Positions 13,501 through 26,200 of a stretch of 64,000 bases of DNA are shown here, one piece after another. The DNA is from Lingula anatina. Its lineage: Eukaryota > Animalia > Brachiopoda. The stretch spans positions 20,164,567 to 20,228,566 of the forward strand of contig CM120649.1 in NCBI GenBank assembly GCA_051362555.1, given 5' to 3'. The notes beneath the pieces are model-generated. The model was not told the DNA's origin and searched no databases. It saw nothing but the letters and a program-made list of their open reading frames with translations. Every line of letters begins with the position of its first letter. Within the stretch, counting starts at the first letter, position 1. The translations under genes and the position numbers were made by a program.

Positions 13501-16500
13501 ATGGTATTGTTTAGGACATGGAAAAACCTACACCTTCAAGACAAAGTAAAGTTATAAATGATATTGTTTAGGACATGGAAAACCTACACCTTCAAGATAA
13601 AGTAAAGTAATAAATGGTATTGTTTAGGACATGGAAAAATCTACACCTTCAAGACAAAGTAAACTTATAAATGGTAGTGTTTAGGACATGGAAAAATCTA
13701 CACCTTCAAGACAAAATTATTAAATGGTATTGTTTAGGACATGGAAAAACCTACACCTTCAAGATAAAGTAAACTTATAAATGGTAGTGTTTAGGACATG
13801 GAAAAATCTACACCGCAAGACAAAATTATTAAATGGTATTGTTTAGGACATGGAAAAACCTACACCTTCAAGACTAAGTAAAGTTATAAATGGTATTGTT
13901 TAGGACATGCAAAAACCTACACCTTCAAGACAAAGTAAAGTTATAAAATGGTATTGTTTAGGACACGGAAAAAAATACACCTTCAAGACAAAGTAAAGTT
14001 ATAAATGGTATTGTTTAGGACATGGAAAAACCTACACCTTCAAGACAAAGTAAAGTTATAAAATGGTATTGTTTAGGACATGGAAAAACCTACACCTTCA
14101 AGACAAAGTAAAGTTATAAATGATATTGTTTAGGACATGGAAAAATCTACACCTTCAAGACAAAGTAAAGTTATAAATGGTATTGTTTAGGACATGGAAA
14201 AATCTACACCTTCAAGACAAAGTATAGTTATAAATGGTATTGTTTAGGTCATGGAAAAACCTACACCTTCAAGACAAAGTAAAGTTATAAAATGGTATTG
14301 TTTAGGACATGGAAAAACCTACACCTTCAAGACAAAGTAAAGTTATAAATGATATTGTTTAGGACATGGAAAAATCTACACCTTCAAAACAAAGTAAAGT
14401 TATAAATGATTTTGTTTAGGACATGGAAAAATCTACACCTTCAAGACAAAGTAAAGTTATAAATGATATTGTTTAGGACATGGAAAAACCTACACCTTCA
14501 AGACAAAGTAAAGTTATAAAATGGTATAGTTTAAGACATGGAAAAACCTACACCTTCAAGACAAAGTAAAGTTATAAATGGTATTGTTGTTCTGCACTTA
14601 AGATAAAGTCAATCAAATGCCACCATATAGTTTCAAATAGATTAATATATATCTTAGAGTAAGTACTGACAAGATATAACATAATGTATACTACACAGTC
14701 CACTACTAAGGGATGTAATACTTGCCAGATATGATAGCAAAGGTGCCCAGCACATATTCCATGCTCTCAGCAAAGAAACAAAGACTGAAGCCTGTGGCAA
14801 ATAAGAAGCCTCCCACCATCACTACAGGACGGCCACCAAATCTGGCTGTCAAGCCATTGGTTAGAGGACCTGGAACAAACAACTTTATACTACGACTTGA
14901 ACCCAACTAGCTTTGCTGGTGTAATATAGTATATACTGCCACAAAACACCATCTCCATATTCACAAAACACATTCATATCACTGTTGTCTTTATATCCTC
15001 AGTTATCACAATAGTGATGTCACAACACACTCTCCATATTCTCACAACACATTCATATCACTGTTGTCTTTATATCCTCAGTTATCACAATGGTGCTGTC
15101 ACAACACACTCTCCATATTCTCACAGCAAATTCATATCACTGTTGTCTTTATATCCTCAGTTATCACAATGGTGCTGTCACAACACACTCTCCATATTCA
15201 CACAACACATTCATATCACTTTTGTCTTTATATCCTCAGTTATCACAATGGTGCTGTCACAACACACTCTCCATATTCACACAACACATTCATATCACTG
15301 TTGTCTTTATATCCTCCCTTATCACAATGGTGCTGTCACAACACACTCTCCATATTCACACAACACATTCATATCACTGTTGTCTTTATATCCTCCCTCA
15401 TCACAATGGTGCTGTCACAACACACTCTCCATATTCACACAACACATTCATATCACTGTTGTCTTTATATCCTCCCTTATCACAATGGTGCTGTCACAAC
15501 ACACTCTCCATATTCACACAACACATTCATATCACTGTTGTCTTTATATCCTCCCTTATCACAATGGTGCTGTCACGACACACTCTCCATATTCACACAA
15601 CACATTCATATCACTTTTGTCTTTATATCCTCAGTTATCACAATGGTGCTGTCACAACACACTCTCCATATTCACACAACACATTCATATCACTGTTGTC
15701 TTTATATCCTCCCTTATCACAATGGTGCTGTCACAACACACTCTCCATATTCACACAACACATTCATATCACTGTTGTCTTTATATCCTCCCTTATCACA
15801 ATGGTGCTGTCACAACACACTCTCCATATTCACACAACACATTCATATCACTGTTGTCTTTATATCCTCCCTTATCACAATGGTGCTGTCACGACACACT
15901 CTCCATATTCACACAACACATTCATATCACTGTTGTCTTTATATCCTCAGTTATCACAATGGTGCTGTCACGACACACTCTCCATATTCACACAACACAT
16001 TCATATCACTGTTGTCTTTACATCCTCAGTTATCACAATGGTGCTGTCACAACACACTCTCCATATTCACACAACACATTCATATCACTGTTGTCTTTAT
16101 ATCCTCCCTTATCACAATGGTGCTGTCACGACACACTCTCCATATTCACACAACACATTCATATCACTGTTGTCTTTATATCCTCAGTTATCACAATGGT
16201 GCTGTCACGACACACTCTCCATATTCACACAACACATTCATATCACTGTTGTCTTTACATCCTCAGTTATCACAATGGTGCTGTCACAACACACTCTCCA
16301 TATTCTCACAACACATTCATATCACTGTTGTCTTTATATCCTCAGTTATCACAATGGTGATGTGACAACACACTCTCCATATTCTCACAACACATTCATA
16401 TCACTGTTGTCTTTATATCCTCAGTTATCACAATGGTGATGTGACAACACACTCTCCATATTCTCACAACACATTCATAACACTGTTGTCTTTATATCCT

Positions 16501-18107
16501 CAGTTATCACAATGGTGCTGTCACAACACACTCTCCATATTCTCACAACACATTCATATCACTGTTGTCTTTATATCCTCAGTTATCACAATGGTGCTGT
16601 CACAACACACTCTCCATATTCTCACAACACATTCCTATCACTGTTGTCTTTACATCCTCAGTTATCACAATGGTGCTGTCACAACACACTCTCCATGTTC
16701 ACACAACACATTCATATCACTGTTGTCTTTACATCCTCAGTTATCACAATGGTGCTGTCATAACACACTCTCCATATTCTCACAACACATTCATATCACT
16801 GTTGTCTTTACATCCTCAGTTATCACAATGGTGCTGTCACAACACACTCTCCATATTCTCACAACACATTCATATCACTGTTGTCTTTATATCCTCAGTT
16901 ATCACAATGGTGCTGTCACAACACACTCTCCATGTTCACACAACACATTCATATCACTGTTGTCTTTATATCCTCAGTTATCACAATGGTGCTGTCACAA
17001 CACACTCTCCATATTCTCACAACACATTCATATCACTGTTGTCTTTACATCCTCAGTTATCACAATGGTGCTGTCACAACACACTCTCCATATTCTCACA
17101 ACACATTCATATCACTGTTGTCTTTATATCCTCAGTTATCACAATGGTGCTGTCACAACACACTCTCCATGTTCACACAACACATTCATATCACTGTTGT
17201 CTTTATATCCTCAGTTATCACAATGGTGCTGTCACAACACATTCATATCACTGTTGTCTTTATATCCTCAGTTATCACATTGGTGCTGTCACAACACACT
17301 CTCCATATTCTCACAACACATTCATATCACTGTTGTCTTTACATCCTCAGTTATCACAATGGTGCTGTCACAACACACTCTCCATATTCTCACAACACAT
17401 TCATATCACTGTTGTCTTTATATCCTCAGTTATCACAATGGTGCTGTCACAACACACATATTCTCACAACACATTCATCCTGCTGTTGTTTTCACATAAC
17501 TTACTCAACAGACACATGAGTCCCCCCAGAACAGCTGGGATCCATGCAGTCAGGGCATTACTGGTCTCAAAGGTAGTCAGAATCTCTACAAACAGGATTC
17601 CTAGGGACTTGAAAGAACCAACCACAAATATGTGCATAACAAAACAACCTGAAAGTAGCAGGGAAATATAGGGATGAGTTATCCTCTTACTATACAGTAT
17701 TTAAATATACTGAAATGTGTTTGTGCAAAATTTTGATTTTTTTTCTAGATACCCTCTGTTACCTAAAGCTGTCATCCAGGCCCATCCCTTGTCAACAGGT
17801 AGTGTGTATGTGTGTGTATGTGTGCGTGTATGTGTGTGCACATGTGTGTGTGTGTGTGCACGCACATGCGTGTGTGTGGACATAACATGTTACCTAAAAC
17901 TGTCATCCAGGCCCATCCCTTGTCAACAGGTAGTGTGTGTGTGTGTGTGTTTGGACATAACATGTTACCTAACACTGTCATCCAGGCCCATCCCTTGTCA
18001 ACAGGTAGTGCGTGTGTGTGTGTGTTTGGACATAACATGTTACCTAACACTGTCATCCAGGCCCATCCCTTATCAACAGGTAGGTGTGAAGCTGAACCAC
18101 CATCCAT
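7545..18107 (-). CDS. SLC16/monocarboxylate transporter family protein A (7 coding exons, 624 aa)
   Basis: Exons: 18107-18044 (MDGG...PVDKGWAW), 17648-17505, 14869-14726 (SPLTNGLTARFGGRPVVMVGG; GC donor), 13418-13283 (GVGFS...WFDKRRALANG), 12122-11110 (FLIDNYTYRGAFLILGG...GALYRP...DLVGR), 8187-8023, 7753-7545. They total 1875 nt, all phases match, and MCT signature motifs are present. Confidence 0.9.
8425..8914. repeat. 38-40-bp minisatellite, resuming at 10831-10895 after an insertion
   Basis: Unit atgtgtatatgtagtagtatttgtgtaactttatgtacat. Confidence 0.93.
8915..10830. mobile_element. ~1.9-kb non-autonomous DNA transposon with ~290-bp terminal inverted repeats
   Basis: Ends are (t)agggacagtcgg...ccgactgtccct(a). 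About 8940-9210 is an inverted copy of about 10530-10805. It splits a 40-bp array in register and has no transposase ORF. Confidence 0.88.
12094..13146 (-). repeat. 84-bp array of acceptor + 29-nt exon start + GTAAG donor (13 acceptor copies)
   Basis: Minus-strand unit: ttgcag GTTCCTTATAGACAACTACACATACAGAG gtaagactg...; period 84. Confidence 0.95.
13397..14590 (-). repeat. ~58-bp array spanning the MCT-A exon 4 acceptor (about 20 copies)
   Basis: Unit taggacatggaaaaacctacaccttcaagacaaagtaaagttataaatggtattgtt. Confidence 0.95.
14940..17490. repeat. 79-bp minisatellite (about 32 copies) filling MCT-A intron 2
   Basis: Period 79 (aatggtgctg at 15089, 15168, and so on). Confidence 0.97.
17758..18080 (-). 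repeat. Four copies of the MCT-A exon 1 3' end plus donor, separated by (CA)n tracts
   Basis: cctgttga(c/t)aagggatgggcctggatgacag..ttag|gtaac occurs four times. Confidence 0.92.
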
Positions 18108-19479
18108 CTTGATCTACTTCCTGGCTGAAATGAACAAATGTATTCACTGCCACTGTGCTAGTTGAAACAGTATGATACCAGTAATATGCCTATGAACTGA
18201 ATGCACCTAATGCCAACATTCCCTGGTTTGCATTCATTAACTTTCTTAGGGCGTTTGACAGTTTTATTAATTCTCCATTTAAATGTTAATTCCATCACTT
18301 AACTCAGATAGGTAAACAGGTAAGTCCTCATTTAATAGAATTTATTACCTAACATTGCTATGTGTTACTGTGCTTGAGGTAGTTTAATAGTCACCCAAGA
18401 CCTGGGGAGTGTGCACTTAATGTCTGGCCCTAGAGAAGATGTAATGCCATTCTTAAATTAATTCACAACAACTGAAATAATGGACATCTGCATGTAGAAT
18501 CACAGAAGTACAGATGTCTAGGTCTACTAGTAAATACTACTGTTCCAACCATCTTTTTCAACTCCTTTTAAGTTTAGGTGAAAAACGGATTCATATCAAT
18601 ATTATGTAATATGTAAACGATATCATATAAATAAATATGCACCCTACCCTTGCTCTGATCTTGATATAAACACATTCACTGCCAGATATACTAGAGGTGA
18701 CCAGAACCAAACATATATATCCACTTTGTAATTTTACTTTATGGGGAAATATTAACAAAGCACCAGGATAAAAAATAACCTATATTTCCTTACTTGATGA
18801 AGATTGTCAACTTGCTTAAAGCTATTATGTACAAGGAAGAGATGAGACTCATGTCCTCTGTCACATACAGGGGTATAGGTAGAGGGAAGAAAGCCGGTTT
18901 GGGCTGATGTAATCATATGATAAAATGTCAGGTATAAAAAATGCATTTGTATATAATGTAGCAGCATCAGGACTTAACAGCTGTCAGTGCTGGTAGTACG
19001 CAGGAGTGCAAACCTTTTACTTTTTTTACTAAGATCTAAATATAAACCAATGTAGTCGTAAACGTTTGCCCATATGCACTAGTATATCATATGCACAGTA
19101 GAATTCAGGCAGATATATAGTACACACTACACTGTTATTAAACAAACTGCGATTTATTGGCTGTTTTCTTCATTAGACAGTATAAAAACAATACAAGAGC
19201 TACGCGCGCCAGCATGAAACTGTACGGCTAAATTCCCATTGTATAATGTCTTACCTGTACTAGACAAAGAATCCCTGTGAATTAAACGTACTCTACATGT
19301 ACACAGATCTATTACTGCTCTTGTTCGTCTTTCATTCTAAGAATCAGGTGATGTAAAACGATAAACACAGTACTGTTCATGCCAAATTATACAACATTTA
19401 CCTCTGTTTTGGCTCAAGTTCCCAAACACGTGTACTTTGTTGATGGGTGTTGGAGATAAAGCGAAACTGCCCCTCTCAT

Positions 19480-19600
19480 TTATGAAGAGATATAAGACGT
19501 GACGTCGAACTCCTTGAGGTGATAACCTCTGACCTCGCTTTCCGGAAGTCACGTGGGAAGAAACAGCTGATACTTGGAAAGCTGAGCGGCAAGTAAATAT
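19480..19600. promoter_or_regulatory. Candidate bidirectional promoter of the MCT pair
   Basis: CpG-rich patch with a CRE-like gtgacgtc, a palindromic ETS-like ttccggaagt and an E-box tcacgtg. Outward-facing donor-like sites lie at about 19254 and 19401 (minus) and about 19590 (plus). Confidence 0.5.
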
Positions 19601-20476
19601 TTCTTATAATTCTTAAGCAGTTTTATCTATATATTTAAATGGAAGTAGGGACGTTTCGATATGAGGAAGCAAGTAGATATTGTACATTGTTGAGAGACGA
19701 GCTTATGTCAGTTTTTCTCACTGCGTCCGTTGCTAACCATGCCATGAAAATATGAGTGACACTGTCCTTTGTCATTACTGACCACAGAGGTCAATTTATA
19801 TTTGCAATATCTGTAGAAGTGACAATAAGTCATATAATTATGGCCTGGCATATAACTTACCGTGTAAATTGAAAATACCATTAGAATGTAGATTTTGTAG
19901 CTCAAAATAAGGCTTAAATTTTTGTAGCTTCCCATACAATGAAAATATAAGCACGATATGTTCTTTATTATACGGGGTGGGGTGGGGGGGTATGTATTAT
20001 AAAATACGTATGAATTTTAAGTACAGAGAAGTAATATATAACTTCTCCGCATTTTGCTCCATTGTATCTCGACATAGGTTGTTCCAGATTCTAAGTAGAT
20101 AAGCTTATTTGTTAAAAAAAAGCTTTATTGATGTGCGTCTGTATCAGCAATATGAATGCGGGTTTTATAAATACCAGGTGCGCCCTTTTTTTATTTAGGC
20201 GTTTTTTGCAACCTTGTCTCAACAAATAACATAATCACATGAAGTAAGCAACAGAGAATTGTGTTCCCCTTCTGTGTATTGTATTTTCAGTTAAGGCATA
20301 AAGTTTTTATTATTTCCAATGTTTTATAGATATTCCCTTTTTTTATTTCCTTGGAACATCTTTAAATTCCTTTTTTTTTCTATTTTGAATATAGGAGAAA
20401 AAATTGTGAGCATGCATTAAACTTGCTTATGAAGTTATAGCTTCAGAATCTATAAATACTTGGCTGTAGTCTAATC

Positions 20477-20649
20477 GGGGGCGTCTCGATAGTCGAAGGT
20501 TCATTGGTCCGAAGGTTCATTGGTCCGAAAAGTGGTAACATTTTCATCGATTTTTTAATCAAGGGTTCATTGGTCCGAAGGCTCTATAGTGAATATTCGG
20601 ACCAATGAACCTTCGGACTATTGAACCTTCGGACTATTGCTACGGCCCC
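20477..20649. mobile_element. 173-bp MITE with 8-bp TSD GTCTAATC
   Basis: gtctaatc at 20469-20476 and 20650-20657; GGGG...CCCC termini; inverted internal 16-bp subrepeats ggtccgaaggttcatt / aatgaaccttcggac. Confidence 0.88.
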
Positions 20650-23278
20650 GTCTAATCCTATCTGAAGATACTGAGGATCGTAGTAAACTGAAATACACTG
20701 TTTGTACATGGTAATAATGTAATATGAATTCTGTGTTAGTGACTATTCTGGACCTGGGTGGTTTAAGGGATGTTAAGAACGTCATCTATGTTATTAAAGT
20801 TATTTCTATTTTGGCTATTCTTTTGCAATTGAATTTCTCTTTTCACCTATTTTTAAAGCATATATTTCCTAAATCTTTCAAGCTTGTTTTACTTGTTGCC
20901 CTATAATAATATACCCAGGATAAAGTGCTCATTGAAGATGCCCCCCAGGTGAGGTGCTACCATTGACCCCTATCCATCAGATACCAGTCATGTGCCAGAT
21001 ATGCTGAGCCAGCATTAACATGTGCTTAACAATCAGCTGTCACTAATATCACATGTTTTACAGTCACAGGCACGGGCTCTAGTGAATTTATTACTAGTTT
21101 ATTCCATTTCATTTGTTTGTATCTCATATCATACCTAGGTACTTCGAAGCCTTAGCCAACCAACTGCATGTATCCACCAAAAAAAGTTATTGATAACAAA
21201 AGTTGAGTGGAATACCAAGTACTAGTACTGTATAGATACCTAAAGAGACACCAGCTGAAGTAGTTGGTCTACAGTAGTGCACTTAAGTTCAATGAAGGTC
21301 AAGAATTGGGAATGGCTGCCGCCAGTGTCAGTTACAGATGTGCAGAGATATATTTTTTCTGTGAAAAACTCTTATTTGACAATTTTCTTGGGGTAAACAG
21401 AATTTTCTTCAACTACTAGTAACCAATCTTTATTTAATCCTTCCTTTCACACACTCCCCATAACAATATATTATCTGGGAAAATAAAAATATCATTGAAA
21501 CATGCTTTTTTGTGAGTTTTTCAAATCTCAATATCCTTCCAAATTCACTCCTTGCACTGACCTGGTTGCACATGATTCAAAATTAAACTGTTTTAAAAGA
21601 TAGTTGTCAGGAGATGATCATTTCAATTATCTTAGTGATATTAATTCATGTTATCTGTTGAAAATGATGAAAAAGTATTGCTTGTCAACAGAAAAGTTCA
21701 AAAAGAAGTAATTGGTATTGCACTTATTTAAAACTTTACTAGTACACTTGAAGTAGCACACCGTGCAGTAGCAGGTTTCATTGCATGTATTAACACAGTG
21801 AATGTCTGTAATATTTACTTCTTGTTATGGTGGTTGGAATTACTGTACTCATATCTAATTTTTAATTTTATAATGCTTTTACCAGAATTGTAGTAGCTGT
21901 TTTGAGGAAGGGTCACTATTGCATGCTATGTAAAAAATATTCTTTCAGTGAGCTATATCAAACTGAAAAATACTAAATTACAGTATAAAACAAAGTAAGT
22001 GTTACTAGTAAGTTACAAGTTTTAAAATTAATGACAACTTTTAGACTGCTGCATCATTTTGAATTGGAAGTTTACTATATACAGGGCACACCATTAGTAC
22101 CTCCTCTTTGAGCTTTCAGCAGTCTGACAATGAAATATAATGTGTGTAGAAATATTGGCCTACATATTTTCAGTAAAAGAAAATGTTGCTCTTTTTTCTA
22201 GTAAGTCGAAATGTTACAAAAAAAAAAAAAAATTATTTAGAAAAAAAGATGAAAGTTTATTGCCTTTTAATAGCATTTTGTCATGCACACTTAAATGTTT
22301 TTTTTTTTCATCAAAGGAAAAGGATTTAAAAAACTGTTTGATTTTTTTGTCAACTTTTTCCTGGAGGTTCATATGGTTTATGTAAGTTGTAAAGCAAAAA
22401 ATACCACAATAGCTTAGATTAGCATATTGTATATATCCACTTTTGTACATGTATTTAAGTAAGCCTTATGTGGAAACTAGCATTTGAGTCATCGTTGCAG
22501 GTGGCAGGGCCAGCGGAGAGGTTGATAGGTGACCTGAAAGGCTGGTGGAACAACGCTAGTAAGTACCAGATGGTATTTACACAGGAGGAAAAACATGTGA
22601 CCTTTACTAAGACGGACTTCAGATAAAGAGCCTGGTCTAAATCTGTGTATGCTGTACATAAGATAGTGAGCACATGAGGCAAGCTGGACTGGGAGCTTAC
22701 AGAGTGTGTTCATAGTGAGAGAGTGGACCACAGGGTACTGTTGGCTCAAGGGCAGGGCTGTAGAAGACTGGGCAGACTGAACTAGCTGTTATAATAGCTG
22801 GCTATACATATTAAGTAAATACAGCAGCTCAGTGACCAAGATTTCCATATCTACAGGAGACTATTACTGGCCAGATACACACCTGATGTAACTAAGAACA
22901 TCGATCTCTGGAAATATAGCTGCAACAATACAGGTGAATATGTAACTTCAAAGTTTAATATGTTTTAGTACTCATTTATCTTGAACATGAAGTATTTTAA
23001 TAATATAAGATCAAGTTGTGATTTGCAGCCATAGAAACCTCACTTCTTAAAAAGTAACTGTAGAGAAAATTAAGAGAGAGAGAGAAAAAGAGTAGCAGCC
23101 GGTAAAGCAGCATGGTTTTTAATGTATGAATTTTTTTTCTCTTTATCCATGTCAAGAAAATTCACACACCTGACGTATTTGCCAAGCCACTGGATCAACT
23201 GGAAGAAGTTCTCAGCTCTCTATACACAGACCAGAACCACTGGTTACTACACGCCTCTTAACTGCTGAAACTTTCCAA

Positions 23279-26200
23279 ATGGAGCAGGAGCAGAAAAACA
23301 CTGCTGTCAACGTGGTCACAGTAGACACAAATGACTCCAAAATGGACCAAGAGGACGCAGAGGTAGACCGAGATGACCTAATCATCCCCCCAGATGGAGG
23401 TTGGGGATGGGTAGTGGTGTTTTCCTCGTTTCTCATTCACATCCTGGCGGACGGCATTGTCTACTCATTTGGGATATTCTATGTGGAATTCCTGGAGGAT
23501 TTCAAAGGCAGCAAGGGGGAGACAGCATGGGTGGGATCCTTGGTCCCTGGGATCACTTTATTAACAGGTAATAATAGTTTAACAAATAGTATTTCAACTT
23601 TACTAAGGTCTATAGCTGTATCTTTATAGAGAGACTAACTTTACTGTGGTCTATAGCTGTATCTGTATGGAGAGGCTAACTTTACTGTGGTCTATAGCTG
23701 TATCTGTATGGAGAGGCTAACTTTACTGAGGTCTATAGCTGTATCTGTATGGAGAGGCTAACTTTACTGTGGTCTATAGCTGTATCTGTATGGAGAGGCT
23801 TACTTTACTGAGGTCTATAGCCGTATCTGTATGGAGAGGCTAACTTTACCGAGGTCTATAGCTGTATCTGTATGGAGAGGCTAACTTTACTAAGGTCTAT
23901 AGCTGTATCTGTATGGTCTATAGCTGTTTCTGTGTGGAGAGGCTAACTTTACTGTGATCTATAGCTGTATCTGTATGGAGAGGCTAACTTTACTGTGGTC
24001 TATAGCTGTATCTGTATGGAGAGGCTAACTTTACTGAGGTCTATAGCTGTATCTGTATGGAGAGGCTAACTTTACTGAGGTCTATAGCTGTATCTGTATG
24101 AAGAGGCTAACTTTACTGAGGTCTATAGCTGTATCTGTATAGTGAGGCTAACTTTACTGAGGTCTATAGCTGTATCTGTATGGAGAGGCTAACTTTACTA
24201 TGGTCTATAGCTGTATCTGTATGGAGAGGCTAACTTTACTGTGGTCTACAGCTGTATCTGTATGGAGAGGCTAACTTTGCTGTGGTCTACAGCTGTATCT
24301 GTATGGAGAGGCTAACTTTGCTGTGGTCTATAGCTGTATCTGTATGGAGAGGCTTACTTTACTGTGGTCTATAGCTGTATCTGTATGGATAGGCTTAATT
24401 TACTGAGGTCTGTAGCTGTATCTGTATGGAGAGGCTAATTTTTACTGAGGTCTATAGCTGTATCTGTATGGAGAGGCTAACTTTACTGAGGTCTATAGCT
24501 GTATCTGTATGGAGAGGCCAAATTTACTGACGTCTGTAGCTGTATCTGTATGGAGAGGCTAACTTTACTGAGGTCTATAGCTGTATCTGTATGGAGAGGC
24601 TAACTTTACTATGATCTATAGCTGTATCTGTATGGAGAGGCTAACTTTACTGTGGTCTATAGCTGTATCTGTATGGAGAGGCTAACTTTACTGAGGTCTA
24701 TAGCTGTATCTGTATGGAGAGGCTAACTTTACTGAGGTCTATAGCTGTATCTGTATGAAGAGGCTAACTTTACTGAGGTCTATAGCTGTATCTGTATAGT
24801 GAGGCTAACTTTACTGAGGTCTATAGCTGTATCTGTATGGTCTATAGCTGTTTCTGTGTGGAGAGGCTAACTTTACTGTGATCTATAGCTGTATCTGTAT
24901 GGAGAGGCTAACTTTACTGTGGTCTATAGCTGTATCTGTATGGAGAGGCTAACTTTACTGAGGTCTATAGCTGTATCTGTATGGAGAGGCTAACTTTACT
25001 GAGGTCTATAGCTGTATCTGTATGAAGAGGCTAACTTTACTGAGGTCTATAGCTGTATCTGTATAGTGAGGCTAACTTTACTGAGGTCTATAGCTGTATC
25101 TGTATGGAGAGGCTCACTTAACTGAGGTCTATAGCTGTATCTGTGTGGAGAGGCTAACTTTACTGTGGTCTATAGCTGTATCTGTATGGAGAGGCTAACT
25201 TTACTAAGGTCTATAGCTGTATCTGTATGGAGAGGCTAACTTAACTGAGGTCTATAGCTGTATCTGTATGGAGAAGCTAACTTTACTGAGGTCTATAGCT
25301 GTATCTGTGTGGAGAGGCTAACTTAACTGAGGTCTATAGCTGTATCTGTGTGGAGAGGCTAACTTTACTGAGGTCTATAGCTGTATCTGTATGGAGAGGC
25401 TAACTTTACTGTGGTCTATAGCTGTATCTGTATGGATAGGCTAACTTTTCTGAGGTCTATAGCTGTATCTGTATGGAGAAGCTAACTTTACTGAGGTCTA
25501 TAGCTGTATCTGTGTGGAGAGGCTAACTTAACTGAGGTCTATAGCTGTATCTGTGTGGAGAGGCTAACTTTACTGAGGTCTATAGCTGTATCTGTATGGA
25601 GAGGCTAACTTTACTGTGGTCTATAGCTGTATCTGTATGGAGAGGCTAACTTTACTGTGGTCTATAGCTGTATCTGTATGGAGAGGCTAACTTTACTGTG
25701 GTCTATAGCTGTATCTGTGTGGAGAGACTAACTTTACTGTGGTCTATAGCTTATCTGTATGGAGAGGCTAACTTTACTGTGGTCTATAGCTGTATCTGTA
25801 TGGAGAGGCTAACTTTACTGAGGTCTATAGATGTATCTGTATGAAGAGGCTAACTTTACTGAGGTCTATAGCTGTATCTGTATGGAGAGGCTAACTTTAC
25901 TGTGGTCTATAGCTGTATCTGTATGGAGAGGCTAACTATACTGTGGTCTATAGCTGTATTTGTATGGAGAGGCTAACTTTACTGAGGTCTATAGATGTAT
26001 CTGTATGAAGAGGCTAACTTTACTGAGGTCTATAGCTGTGTCTGTATGGAGAGGCTAACTTTACTATGGTCTATAGCTGTATCTGTATGGACAGGCTAAC
26101 TTTACTGTGGTCTATAGCTGTATCTGTATGGAGAGGCTAACTTTACTAAGGTCTATAGCTGTATCTGTATGGAGAGGCTAAATTTACTGTGGTCTATAGC

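Noticed and set aside
15014-17671. Several 350-450-aa His/Cys-rich ORFs in all three frames
   Set aside because: They come from the 79-bp repeat cycling through frames, and are intronic and antisense to MCT-A.
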